From positions 1-64,000 of the IMG/VR virus record IMGVR_UViG_2711768037_000005: a stretch of DNA of 64,000 nucleotides; one strand, given 5' to 3'. The stretch is from a virus (lineage: Duplodnaviria; Heunggongvirae; Uroviricota; Caudoviricetes). How positions within the stretch are numbered: position 1 is the first letter of the stretch; each line of letters starts with the position of its first letter. Under the pieces are notes generated by a model. That model ran no database searches, was not told where the DNA came from, and was given only the letters and a program-made list of their open reading frames with translations. Made by a program: the position numbers and the translations under genes. This document shows positions 19,379 through 29,506 of the stretch, piece after piece.

Positions 19379-20614
19379 ATGACGACTACTGCACTGCAAA
19401 ATGAAAAAAATCCTTCTGATTACCTTGTTTGCAAGTGGTGCGGCAAATCATTTCACTATTTTAAGTCCCATGTAGCCAATGGTAATTGCGAGGGCATTCC
19501 TGAGTCAGTAAAAGATGCCGATCCTGACACCGTACTGAAAATGTACACAACGCAGTTTCCAGATGAGCCAACGCTATCGAAAAAGGCACTTGATGCAATT
19601 CAAGCTAAACGTGCCGAGCAAAAAAGCGAAATGGCCAAATCTTCTGGCTTGACCAGTAGCCCTGGCTACACAGGCACAGTTGAGTACAAGACAGATCTGG
19701 TCGCAGCTCACGAACTGCTAAACGTAACAGTGGAAGAACTCGGAACAAAACGTGGGACGCCGCTCATGGTTAGCGTCAACGTCAATACGCCGTATCCAGA
19801 GTTCGTTCCAGAAGTGAAGAAGGGCTACGTATATGGCGACTTCGAACTGATCAAAGATATTTTCATGATGCTTGAACTTGGCATACCTGGCTATTTGTGG
19901 GGTCATGCAGGAACAGGCAAATCGTCATTGCCTACACAGCTATGTGCTTTGCTCAATCGTCCGTTGATCCGTGCCCAACATACAGCATCAATGGAAGAGA
20001 CACATGTTACGGGGCAAATTCTGGCGCGTGATGGCTCTACGTATTTCGAGCCTGGCTTGCTTGCGCTCGCAATGAAGCATGGCTGGGTTTACCTCGCGGA
20101 TGAATACGACTTTGCGTTTCCACAGATTCTTGGCGTGTATCAGCCAGTGCTGGAAGGTGAAGCGTTGGTCATCAAAGAGGCGACTCCAGAATGGCGTCGC
20201 ATTACTCCGCATGAACGGTTTGCTTTCATTGGCACTGGCAACACGAACGGATCTGGTGATGAAACCGGCTTGTACCAGGGTACAAACATCCAGAACGCCG
20301 CGAACTTTTCGCGTTTTGGCATCGTTTCGAATGTGAAATACATGAGCAAAGAGGCAGAGATCAACATGTTGATAAATGCCGGTATCGTGGATGAATACGC
20401 AGAAAAGATGGTTAAGTTTGCCGGTATCGTTCGCGATGGATACGAAGAACACCTTATCAGTCAGCCAATTGGCCCTCGTGAACTTTTGTTGTCGGCCAAG
20501 ATTGGAATGATGCGAGGCGACTTTGTGACAGGTATTGAACGTTCTTTCATTAACAAACTCCCTTCAGCTTCTGCACAAGCGGCTCGTGAAGTTGTTCAAA
20601 AAATATTTGGTTGA
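19379..20614 (+). CDS. AAA+ ATPase of MoxR/CobS type
   Basis: Walker A GHAGTGKSS, Walker B VYLADEYDF; N-terminal Cys/His cluster CKWCGKSFHYFKSH; conserved AAAGGAAAAACGCATG start context. Confidence 0.65.
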   Translation: MTTTALQNEKNPSDYLVCKWCGKSFHYFKSHVANGNCEGIPESVKDADPDTVLKMYTTQFPDEPTLSKKALDAIQAKRAEQKSEMAKSSGLTSSPGYTGTVEYKTDLVAAHELLNVTVEELGTKRGTPLMVSVNVNTPYPEFVPEVKKGYVYGDFELIKDIFMMLELGIPGYLWGHAGTGKSSLPTQLCALLNRPLIRAQHTASMEETHVTGQILARDGSTYFEPGLLALAMKHGWVYLADEYDFAFPQILGVYQPVLEGEALVIKEATPEWRRITPHERFAFIGTGNTNGSGDETGLYQGTNIQNAANFSRFGIVSNVKYMSKEAEINMLINAGIVDEYAEKMVKFAGIVRDGYEEHLISQPIGPRELLLSAKIGMMRGDFVTGIERSFINKLPSASAQAAREVVQKIFG

Positions 20615-20794
20615 TCGTGCGTAAAGGATGTTTCGGCTCTCTTATCGCTGCTTCTGAAACTGGTAAGGCTTGTCTGGTGTGTCCAGACAAGCCCGATTGT
20701 CACCAATCAGCAAAAGAAGTTGCGATTTCGATGCATGGGAAGTTCGTAGGCTTCCCCAATGACAAAATCAAAAAAACCAGAAAGGTAAAAACAC

Positions 20795-23700
20795 ATGAAG
20801 GCACTGATGGTTCGAACTGACTTCTCACTTGGGGAGTCGGCTTTAAAAGCAGAAAACGCGGTGAAGATTGCCAGAGAAGCTGGCTACACCGCTGTAATTT
20901 CAGCAGATAGCATGAATATTGCGAGTGTTATTCCACTACAACGTGCCGCTGGTGACGACATGGCGGTTATTTGTGGTGTGAAACTAAACATCGTTGATGA
21001 TCCCACATACGAGCACCGAGCTAAACTTGCTAAAGAATCTAAGAGGTGTATGGAATCATTAGAGCGAGGACGCAACTACTCGTTTACCGCTCTAATTAAA
21101 AATGAGCAAGGATATCGCGACATCTGCGAACTAATGACGGTGGCCAACACACGAGAACAGTTCTACTTTGTACCGCGTCTCTCGCTCGAACAGTTGGTTT
21201 CTACATATGCCAAAGGCAACATCATCCTGCTCACTTCCGACATCGGTAGCGTGTTCCAACGCAACGATTTTGCAAAAATCATAAGCACACTGATTACAGC
21301 GGGTGGAAAAGACAACTTCTATAGTGTGGTTTATCCGCACCCTACCCCATTCTACGACCAGATTAACGTCCGGGCGATGAAAGTTGCCAGCGCACTGAAA
21401 ATAGAGCCAGTAGCGTTTTATCCCGCTTATTACGAATCGATCGACGATGCTGACATTAAAGACATTGCGCACATGGTTACGAACAACATCAAAATCGACC
21501 AGCCGCATCGTCTGCGTATCCCCCACCAGCGAGATAACGCCATCAATGGTCGCCGCCATCTCCTTGAGGCGCTTAAAACCTTCTCCGTTCGCATGGATGT
21601 GCCGGTAACAGCTGCAATGGCCTCAACAACGCAGGATACCATTATCGATGCCTGCACATGGCGCTGGCATGAATTGCCGCCAGCACTGCCAAAGATGGCA
21701 GACGACGAGCCTGCAACGCTGATGAAACTGGCTGTTGCAGGGCTGCGTAAACGTCTTACCACAAAAGAGTTTGGCTACACACCACCTGCTTCTGAGAACA
21801 GGGTTTATGTTGAGCGGCTAAAGTACGAAATGGACACGCTGACTCGCCTGGGATTCTGTGGTTACTTCCTGATGGTGCGCGATCTGATGAATCATAGTCG
21901 TGAAACTGGCATTCCCGTTGGGCCTGGTCGTGGTTCCTCTGCCGGTTCTCTGGTGGCGTGGTGCATAGGCATAACCAACGTCGACCCAATCCGTCACGGT
22001 CTTCTGTTTGAGCGTTTCATCAACCCTGAGCGTCTCGACTTGCCGGATGCGGACTTGGACTTCAGCCAGGCACGTCGCCATGAGGTGATCGAGTATCTGA
22101 ATGAACGCTACGGCGAAGATTACGTTGCAGGCATTCCGAACTTCACCTACCTGGGCGCCGCCTCTGCACTACGTGACACCGCTCGTATTTATGGTGTGGA
22201 GTCCGCAGATATGGCGGTATCAAAAGAACTGAAGAACGTCGAGGATGATAGCCTTCCATTGGAAGAACTGCGCGAACAACTGGCAAGTCTCGACAAATAC
22301 GCAACAAAATATCCTGATGCATTCAATGCAGCCTGCAAGTTACAAAGCCTTATGCGTGGCTTTGGTAGACATGCGGCAGGGATGATCGTAGCAGGTGTTC
22401 CTCTGACAGAACGTACACCGGTTGAGCGCCGTGGTGACGCGCGTTGTATCGCATTTGACAAGCGTTACTGCGAGGCTATGGGCCTAATTAAACTGGACGT
22501 GCTTGGTCTGGCAACTCTCGATTTGCTCGATAGTGCAAAACGCTACATCAAAGAGAGTACCGGGGAAGACATCAATCTTGATGCCATTTCTCTTGAAGAT
22601 CGCAAGGTGCTGGATGGTTTTGCTGCTGGGTACACTCAAGGTGTTTTCCAGCTTGAATCAGGCCCAATGCGCAAGCTGCTTAAAGATTTAGGTGGTGGAA
22701 TTGAGCCAATGAGCTTTAAAACGGTCGTCGCTACAACTGCGCTCTTCCGGCCGGGGCCAATTCAATCAGGCATGTTGGATGACTATGTTTCTGTCGCCAA
22801 AGGCTTTATGACGCCGGAATCATTACACCCCGTTCTTGATGAACTTACCGCGGAAACAAATGGCGTGATTCTCTATCAGGAACAGACGATGAACGCGACT
22901 CGATTGCTTGCCGGCTTCACAATGGCTGAAGCTGACGGTGTGCGTTCCGCAATCGGTAAGAAGAACATGGAAAAAATGAAGAGCATGGGCGAGAAGTTCA
23001 TCGTTCAGGCTCAAGCTGGCTGGATAGACGTTGAGCTGGAAGATGGCACTACACAGCGCATTCACCGTGCGGAACATTTTAAATGCGAAGACGGAACTCT
23101 GAAAACTGTCGAAGAGGCACTTGAGTACGGCGCAAAACTACCTATAAACGCAGTACGCGTTACAGCGTCACATCCAGGGCTATCAGAGATGAAAGCGAAG
23201 GAGATCTGGACCGCATTCGAAAAGAATGGTGCCTACCAGTTCAACAAATCACACTCTGTTGCTTACTCCTTAATCAGTTATCAATCTATGTGGTTGAAAA
23301 CTCATTATCCCGCAGAGTTTTTCGCTGCTGCTCTCACTATTCTTGGCGAAGATAAACACCAGGGGCTGGTTAAAGATGCGCTGACCTATGGTATTCGCGT
23401 ATTACCACCAGACGTTAACATGTCATCTAACCGAATCGAGATCCGCACGCTTGAAGATGGCAGCCAGGTGCTGTATGCGCCCTTCTCTGCTGTGAAAGGT
23501 TGTTCTGAGAATGGCTGCCAGGCCATCATGAGAGCACGAGAAAAAGTTGGCGGCAAATTCGAGTCACTGGCGCAATTCGAAGAAGCTGTCGAGAAACGTG
23601 CCTGTAATAGTCGAGTGCGCGAATCGCTGCAAAAAGTAGGGGCGTTTGCATCCATCGAGCCAGGTAGTCTGCCAGCAACTGATCCAGAGCGCCTACGCGA

Positions 23701-24313
23701 CCAGGCTGAATTGATGGGAAACCTTGTCATAGACGCAGTTAAAGCCTCACGTCCGTTTGAGATGAACCCCAAACGTTCGGCTGAAATTAACGTACTCATG
23801 ACGCGGATGGCGGCTGAAATGGGCTTAGGTGATGAACTAATCCGCCCCAGCATTGGTATTAAGCCGAAAATCATGATCATTCTGGACAATGCGAACGGCA
23901 ATGATACTCGAACCGGTTACTTCATGGAAAACGGATACGACGATTTTAAGGCCAAGCTATTGACGGCTGGAGATTTACGCATGGGCGATCTCTATGTCAC
24001 AGGAGTTTGCAAGAAGGTTAAAGACAAAGAAAAAGACTACACCAAAGACGAGATCGGCCAGTTCACCGACTTTATGCGTGAAGAGATCAATCTGGTGCGT
24101 CCGACCTATGTGCTGACGTGTGGCAGCCGGGCAACTTCATTGTTTAACAACAAAAACAAGCCATCCGATTTGGTCGGCAGGAAGGAGTATCTTCCAGACC
24201 TTGACGTTACTGTCTTTTACGGGTTTAACCCCAACATTCTTTACTTCAGACCTGAAGAGGGAGAACGACTAGAAGCTATATTAGCCGACGTAGCAGAAAC
24301 TATTAAGACGTGA
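20795..24313 (+). CDS. dnaE: DNA polymerase III alpha subunit (DnaE-type, PHP domain)
   Basis: N-terminal PHP-like MVRTDFSLGESALK; palm motif GPGRGSSAGSLVAWCIGITNVDPI; 1172 aa. Confidence 0.85.
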   Translation: MKALMVRTDFSLGESALKAENAVKIAREAGYTAVISADSMNIASVIPLQRAAGDDMAVICGVKLNIVDDPTYEHRAKLAKESKRCMESLERGRNYSFTALIKNEQGYRDICELMTVANTREQFYFVPRLSLEQLVSTYAKGNIILLTSDIGSVFQRNDFAKIISTLITAGGKDNFYSVVYPHPTPFYDQINVRAMKVASALKIEPVAFYPAYYESIDDADIKDIAHMVTNNIKIDQPHRLRIPHQRDNAINGRRHLLEALKTFSVRMDVPVTAAMASTTQDTIIDACTWRWHELPPALPKMADDEPATLMKLAVAGLRKRLTTKEFGYTPPASENRVYVERLKYEMDTLTRLGFCGYFLMVRDLMNHSRETGIPVGPGRGSSAGSLVAWCIGITNVDPIRHGLLFERFINPERLDLPDADLDFSQARRHEVIEYLNERYGEDYVAGIPNFTYLGAASALRDTARIYGVESADMAVSKELKNVEDDSLPLEELREQLASLDKYATKYPDAFNAACKLQSLMRGFGRHAAGMIVAGVPLTERTPVERRGDARCIAFDKRYCEAMGLIKLDVLGLATLDLLDSAKRYIKESTGEDINLDAISLEDRKVLDGFAAGYTQGVFQLESGPMRKLLKDLGGGIEPMSFKTVVATTALFRPGPIQSGMLDDYVSVAKGFMTPESLHPVLDELTAETNGVILYQEQTMNATRLLAGFTMAEADGVRSAIGKKNMEKMKSMGEKFIVQAQAGWIDVELEDGTTQRIHRAEHFKCEDGTLKTVEEALEYGAKLPINAVRVTASHPGLSEMKAKEIWTAFEKNGAYQFNKSHSVAYSLISYQSMWLKTHYPAEFFAAALTILGEDKHQGLVKDALTYGIRVLPPDVNMSSNRIEIRTLEDGSQVLYAPFSAVKGCSENGCQAIMRAREKVGGKFESLAQFEEAVEKRACNSRVRESLQKVGAFASIEPGSLPATDPERLRDQAELMGNLVIDAVKASRPFEMNPKRSAEINVLMTRMAAEMGLGDELIRPSIGIKPKIMIILDNANGNDTRTGYFMENGYDDFKAKLLTAGDLRMGDLYVTGVCKKVKDKEKDYTKDEIGQFTDFMREEINLVRPTYVLTCGSRATSLFNNKNKPSDLVGRKEYLPDLDVTVFYGFNPNILYFRPEEGERLEAILADVAETIKT

Positions 24314-24438
24314 TCCAATAAACATGGCCTCTATGGCCATGTTTTCCCTTATCCCCTCATATCCCCTATCCTCGAACTCCTTGCCTTATCATCACAATGA
24401 TATAATCAATATAAAATGATAAGTAAAAAGGAAAGCAC

Positions 24439-24870
24439 ATGATCACCGATATTTACGAGAAAATAATGTCTGATCTCGAGTTTGACCGAGACAATCTGGA
24501 GGAAGTCTGGCGTAGACAACCCCGCCTTTTAATGGAGTATGGCTCAAAACTCGCTCATGCAGAAAGAAGTGTCGCAGAGGCAAAACTTAACCTTGAAGCT
24601 GTTGAAGCAAAGCTATACGACACAGAGCGTAAGAACTTGAGTATGAACGGCATTAAGTTCAACGAGTCTGTACTGGACGCTAAGGTTAAAACAAACCCAC
24701 AGTATCTGTCTAAACGGCAGAAGTTGGATGAAGCACGGCACATCGCAGACATATACAAACATGCTGTCGCCGCCTTTTCGCATCGCCGAGACATGATCGT
24801 TCAGGCGTCAAAGATGGCCATCGTTGAATTAGAGCGATTAGGCTCTGAACGCTTTATTACCCCCCGTTGA
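24439..24870 (+). CDS. hypothetical protein, coiled-coil
   Basis: ORF track. Confidence 0.45.
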   Translation: MITDIYEKIMSDLEFDRDNLEEVWRRQPRLLMEYGSKLAHAERSVAEAKLNLEAVEAKLYDTERKNLSMNGIKFNESVLDAKVKTNPQYLSKRQKLDEARHIADIYKHAVAAFSHRRDMIVQASKMAIVELERLGSERFITPR

Positions 24871-24987
24871 TTTTTGATAGATAATAAGTAAGTACTGATC
24901 TATCATTTAACAACTCAAAAGAGCCACGAATGAACGAAAGCCCAACGCGCATAGCGCCATCGGCCAAATCACAACAAGGAGAAACAC

Positions 24988-26016
24988 ATGTCTAAGACAT
25001 TACTTGATTTGCTTAACAAAACTCGTGAAGACATTGCCGCCAAACGTGGTAACAACGTTGATCTGACTCGTTTAAAAGATGGCGTCAACTATATCCGTAT
25101 CTTCCCGAATAAAGACGACCCAAACGGTAAGTTCTTCCAGACTTTCGGTATGCACTACGTTAAGTATCAGAACGAGGAAGGTAAAGAAGCAACCAACGCT
25201 TATATTTGTGAGCAACATACTCACGGTCGCGCTTGTCAGCTATGCGAAATGGTGATGGAAGGTCGCGCTCGTCACAAGGGTAACAAAGCAATGGAAGAAC
25301 GCATCGGTCAAATGCGTGCCACTCCTCGCTACCTGGTCAACGGCATTCTTTCTGCTCGTGAGGATTTCGCAGATGCTGAGAAATGCCAGTTAATCGAGCT
25401 GCCGTCTACTGTATTCGATGATATCTGCAAAGCAATCACCGAAGACATCGCTGATGATATCGGCAATCCACTGAGCAAAGAGGAAGGCTACGCATTCCTG
25501 ATTAAACGTACTGGCTCTGGTCGCGATACCAAATATGACGTCTCGCCTAAGCGTAAAGTCTACAAAGGCGATATCGAAGATAAATTCTGGAACACCCAGC
25601 ATGATCTGATCGCATACGCAAATCAGGCTGATGAAACTCGTCTTCTGTCGACAGTTCGCACTATGGGTCGTCTGATTGGCATCGCTGCACCAACTGCCGC
25701 AGCATCTGCACCAGCAATTTCCTCAACCGCGAAAACATCGGCCGCGGCACTGCCTGGATTTGGCTCTGTCACTGGTCATACGGAGGGTGCGACTGCTGTA
25801 GCTACCGCTCACACCCCAGCTTCTGAACCAACCAGTCTGGTTGATGAAGAAATCCTCCGTGCCGTTGAAACTGAATTTAAACCAGAAGCAAGTTCCGCTG
25901 CCGTTGCAGTATCAGTCAAAGAGTCTGAAGCAGTCGCAGCGACATCTGTAGCAGCCGCATCTGCGACGGAAGATGAAGGTCTGGATGACCTACTGAGAGA
26001 GCTGGACTCTCTGTAA
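24988..26016 (+). CDS. single-stranded DNA-binding protein, T4 gp32-like (putative)
   Basis: IRIFPNKDDPNG resembles gp32 IRFLPSKNDE; Cys/His cluster CEQHTHGRACQLC; Ala/Ser-rich linker and acidic C-terminal tail. Confidence 0.5.
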   Translation: MSKTLLDLLNKTREDIAAKRGNNVDLTRLKDGVNYIRIFPNKDDPNGKFFQTFGMHYVKYQNEEGKEATNAYICEQHTHGRACQLCEMVMEGRARHKGNKAMEERIGQMRATPRYLVNGILSAREDFADAEKCQLIELPSTVFDDICKAITEDIADDIGNPLSKEEGYAFLIKRTGSGRDTKYDVSPKRKVYKGDIEDKFWNTQHDLIAYANQADETRLLSTVRTMGRLIGIAAPTAAASAPAISSTAKTSAAALPGFGSVTGHTEGATAVATAHTPASEPTSLVDEEILRAVETEFKPEASSAAVAVSVKESEAVAATSVAAASATEDEGLDDLLRELDSL

Positions 26017-26043
26017 TCCCATTACGTGACCAGTAAGGCGTCT

Positions 26044-26073
26044 ACGGACGCCTTACTTTTTGGAAGGAATGTA
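26044..26073 (+). terminator. rho-independent terminator
   Basis: GTAAGGCGTCTACGGACGCCTTAC then TTTTTGG; member of the GGCGTC...GACGCC hairpin family. Confidence 0.4.
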
Positions 26074-26076
26074 CCG

Positions 26077-27021
26077 GTGAATTATCTCTTCGTAGATGGC
26101 AATAGCCTGGGTTATTACCACCAACAATCTGACAAATTGCACAACGGCGAAATGGAAGTACAGGCTGCTTTCGGCTTTGTTAAGAACGTCCGTCGTTATG
26201 CCTCCATCCTCCATGCCCGACCTATGATTCTTTGGGATGGATTTAGTGACAAGCGTCGCGACTTTTACCCGGACTACAAAGCAAATCGCGACGACGATCC
26301 TGATATGAAAAAGATGAAGGAAGGCTTTGCTATCCAGAAGCCATACATCCTCAAAATGATGACCGCGCTTGGAGTTACCCAACTCATTGCAAAAGATGCA
26401 GAAGCGGATGATCTGGCCGGGCTGCTGGTAGCCAGCATTGCACCGCAGCCAATCGTTGAACACATCTATCTGTTAACAGGCGATAGCGACTGGCTTCAGT
26501 TAGTTCGCGAAAACGTAAGCTGGGTAAGCCTGCGCGAAGACGCCAAAAACAAGCAGGTTAATTTTGAGCAATTTGCGGAGCTGACAGGATTCGCTACTCC
26601 TCGCGCATTTTTGGAAGCAAAAGCATTACAAGGCGATAAATCGGACAACATTAGCGGTGTTGGTGGCATTGGTGCTGGCGGTGCGAAAGAGCTGCTGCAT
26701 GAATGGGGAAGTGTCGCAACGATGGTACGCGGCATCAACGACGGCTCAATCGTGGTTAATAAAGGGCGTCATAAGACCGCCTTCAACAAACTAGCGAAGA
26801 ATGCCTTCAACGAGAAAACAGGCTGTCGAATGCTCGAAGCGTTCAAGAGAAACATCACGCTAATGAACCTGATTGAGACGAAGTTTCCGCCTACCGAAAT
26901 CGAAACAATCAAAGGCAATCGTGACGTGAAAGCATTCGAGCAACTGTGCTACGAGCTGAATTTCCGTTCGTTCCTTGAAGACCTTGAAGTGTTTGTTCTT
27001 CCATTCGAAAGGTATTGCTAA
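26077..27021 (+). CDS. 5'-3' exonuclease / flap endonuclease (FEN family)
   Basis: N-terminal VDGNSLGYY; H3TH-type LQGDKSDNISGVGGIG; ORF-track ATG at 26026 lies inside the upstream terminator hairpin, so GTG at 26077 is the likelier start. Confidence 0.7.
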   Translation: MNYLFVDGNSLGYYHQQSDKLHNGEMEVQAAFGFVKNVRRYASILHARPMILWDGFSDKRRDFYPDYKANRDDDPDMKKMKEGFAIQKPYILKMMTALGVTQLIAKDAEADDLAGLLVASIAPQPIVEHIYLLTGDSDWLQLVRENVSWVSLREDAKNKQVNFEQFAELTGFATPRAFLEAKALQGDKSDNISGVGGIGAGGAKELLHEWGSVATMVRGINDGSIVVNKGRHKTAFNKLAKNAFNEKTGCRMLEAFKRNITLMNLIETKFPPTEIETIKGNRDVKAFEQLCYELNFRSFLEDLEVFVLPFERYC

Positions 27022-27287
27022 TGCTTAAATCGATTATTAATGGCGCTACAACCACCCCTGCCCAACTGGCAAAAGAGATTGTCTTTTATCACGGTGAGTA
27101 CGCTGTCATCGCACTGCCGTCAATTCTAGGCGCTGCCGGAATGAAAGCGACAGATCGCGAGTTTGGATTAGTCAGCGAGCAGGTCGTAAAAATCCTCGCT
27201 CGTGTATCCAGACTCCTTAACCACGATGCGATTGTATTCGACGAATCCGTCGCTTTAAAACGAATCAACGAAACAAAAGGAGCCTGA
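27015..27287 (+). CDS. hypothetical protein
   Basis: ORF track. Confidence 0.3.
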   Translation: MLMLKSIINGATTTPAQLAKEIVFYHGEYAVIALPSILGAAGMKATDREFGLVSEQVVKILARVSRLLNHDAIVFDESVALKRINETKGA

Positions 27288-27289
27288 TC

Positions 27290-28363
27290 ATGGCAAAAGC
27301 AAAATCCGCACTGGCACTTGCTCTGAAAAAGAAAATCGGTAGCAACGACGAAATTCAGAAAGTAACTCATTGGATTGATACAGGCTTTCCACCGTTAAAC
27401 AAAGCTATTTCTGGTCGTTACGATGGCGGCTTCCCATGTGGTCGTATCGTCGAAGTATTCGGTCCTCCAAGTGCAGGGAAAACGTTCCTTGCAACAGCAG
27501 CGATGATCTCCGCTCAAAAACAAGATGGTCTGGCGGTATTCCTCGATCATGAAAACAGTTTTGACGTTGGCCTGGCTGTAGCCAATGGCCTGAACGCAGA
27601 TGAGGATGACGGTCAGTGGGTATACAAGCAGCCTGACACCTTCGAAGACTCTGTAGAGTTGATCGGCACAATACTTAAATTGGTACGTGATGAAGAGCTT
27701 ATCCCTGAATCAGCACCTATCTGTATCGTGGCTGACTCTCTTGCGTCTATGGTTCCGAACTCCAAAGCCGAGAAGTTCGAAAAGATGGCTGAAGGCACTG
27801 CCAAAGACAAAGATCAGCTAAACATGAACGACAATACGGCACTGGCTCGTGCGACGAGTGCGAACTTCCCTACTCTGGCTTTGTGGGCACGCAAATACAA
27901 CGCCTGCATCATATTCTTGAATCAGGTTCGCACAAAAATCGGTGTAATGTTTGGCGACCCTACTACGTCGCCAGGTGGAGATTCACCGAAGTTCTACGCT
28001 TCTGTACGTATCCGTCTTGGTGCATCGGTGATGAAGGATGGTAAAGAGAAGATCGGCCAGGACGTAGGCGCAGAGTGCATCAAAAACAAAGTTGCACCAC
28101 CTTATGGCAAATGCACCTGGAAATTCTACTTCGATCCTACTCGTGGCCTCGACGTTATCGAATCGCTCGTCGAGTACATGCTGGAAGAAGGATACCTGCC
28201 AAAGAACGCCAGCGGGCGAGTTGAAATTGGTGACAAGAAATACACCAAATCGCAGATCGTCGAGATGTATCGGGAGAAGCCACTGGCTGAAATCATTGCG
28301 GCTTTGCAGGCAATCGACGACCGAAGAGCAAAAGACAACCCCACCGAGTCAGTAGAAGAGTAA
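27290..28363 (+). CDS. RecA/UvsX-family recombinase
   Basis: GRIVEVFGPPSAGKTFLATAAM matches the RecA Walker A region (E. coli GRIVEIYGPESSGKTT). Confidence 0.8.
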   Translation: MAKAKSALALALKKKIGSNDEIQKVTHWIDTGFPPLNKAISGRYDGGFPCGRIVEVFGPPSAGKTFLATAAMISAQKQDGLAVFLDHENSFDVGLAVANGLNADEDDGQWVYKQPDTFEDSVELIGTILKLVRDEELIPESAPICIVADSLASMVPNSKAEKFEKMAEGTAKDKDQLNMNDNTALARATSANFPTLALWARKYNACIIFLNQVRTKIGVMFGDPTTSPGGDSPKFYASVRIRLGASVMKDGKEKIGQDVGAECIKNKVAPPYGKCTWKFYFDPTRGLDVIESLVEYMLEEGYLPKNASGRVEIGDKKYTKSQIVEMYREKPLAEIIAALQAIDDRRAKDNPTESVEE

Positions 28364-28368
28364 ACACA

Positions 28369-28393
28369 AGGCGTCCATAGGACGCCTTTTTTA
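28369..28393 (+). terminator. rho-independent terminator
   Basis: AGGCGTCCATAGGACGCCT followed by TTTTTT. Confidence 0.5.
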
Positions 28394-28455
28394 TCTCTTG
28401 AAAATATATAAGCACTTACTTATTATTTTCGCATAACAACCACATAGGAAAACAC

Positions 28456-28656
28456 ATGATCAAAATCTATCTATTGGCAGTAGCCACAGGCCTTTCAGTG
28501 GCTCTCATCTACGGTTTACTGGTTCCGTCGCTGATTTCTACCAAGAGTGATTTAGCCGTCATGTTTGGAGTTATCGTTGGTTTTGGTGCTCCTGTAATCG
28601 GTCTTATTGCTGGTCGTAAGTTTATCAACTCATTAATCAAAGCAAAGGGGAAATAA
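28456..28656 (+). CDS. small two-TM membrane protein (NfeD-like partner?)
   Basis: 66 aa, two hydrophobic segments; directly upstream of and nearly abutting the SPFH gene. Confidence 0.4.
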   Translation: MIKIYLLAVATGLSVALIYGLLVPSLISTKSDLAVMFGVIVGFGAPVIGLIAGRKFINSLIKAKGK

Positions 28657-28659
28657 GTA

Positions 28660-29490
28660 ATGAAGAAAGGTTTACTTGCAGTTGCTCTGGCGGCTATTTG
28701 CACAATGGGTCTTACTGGCTGCGATCGCGTGGAGCCTGGATACGTTGGCATCAAAGTAAACAAATTAGGTGAAGACAAAGGGATTGGTGAAGTAGTTGGC
28801 GTTGGTCGCCAATGGACAGGTCTTAACACCGAACTTTACGTATTCCCGACCTTCAAACAAATGAAGACCTACGACGAGCCGTTCACATTCCAGATGAGTG
28901 ACGGTACTGCTATTGGTCACAAAATTGGCGTTGCGTATCTGGTTAATCGTGACAAGGTAACGACGGTGTTCCAGACCTATCGCAAAGGCGTAGACGATAT
29001 CACCGAATCAGATCTGCGTCAGAAAATTGCCGACTCTCTAAACCGTTTGGCAAGCCGTATGACCACTGACTCATTTATCGACGGTGGTAAGGCGCAATTG
29101 CTGGACAACGCACTGAAAGATATTCAGAAAGAGATGTCTCCGGTTGGTATTGAGGTACTGAGCCTGTCATGGGTTGGAAAGCCTGATTACCCAAAAACCG
29201 TCATTGAATCTATCAACGCCAAAGTAACGGCTAACCAGCGTACTCTGCAACGTCAGCAGGAAGTTGAACAGCGTAAAGCTGAGGCGAATATGCTACGTGA
29301 ACAGGCTAATGGTGAAGCTGATGCTATCCGTGCTCGTGCGCAAGCAGAAGCCGACGCCATTCGTCTGCGCGGTGAAGCTCTGCGTCAAAACCCGAACGTT
29401 ATGGAGCTGGAAGCCATCAATAAATGGAATGGCCAGTTACCGCAGTACATGACTCAAGGGGCTAACACTCCTTTCATTACAGTGAAATAA
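28660..29490 (+). CDS. SPFH/band-7 (HflK/HflC-, stomatin-like) lipoprotein
   Basis: Signal plus lipobox LTGC; SPFH-like core; C-terminal coiled-coil EADAIRARAQAEADAIRLRGEA typical of HflC/prohibitin. Confidence 0.65.
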   Translation: MKKGLLAVALAAICTMGLTGCDRVEPGYVGIKVNKLGEDKGIGEVVGVGRQWTGLNTELYVFPTFKQMKTYDEPFTFQMSDGTAIGHKIGVAYLVNRDKVTTVFQTYRKGVDDITESDLRQKIADSLNRLASRMTTDSFIDGGKAQLLDNALKDIQKEMSPVGIEVLSLSWVGKPDYPKTVIESINAKVTANQRTLQRQQEVEQRKAEANMLREQANGEADAIRARAQAEADAIRLRGEALRQNPNVMELEAINKWNGQLPQYMTQGANTPFITVK

Positions 29491-29506
29491 CTCTCATTAA
29501 GAAGAT

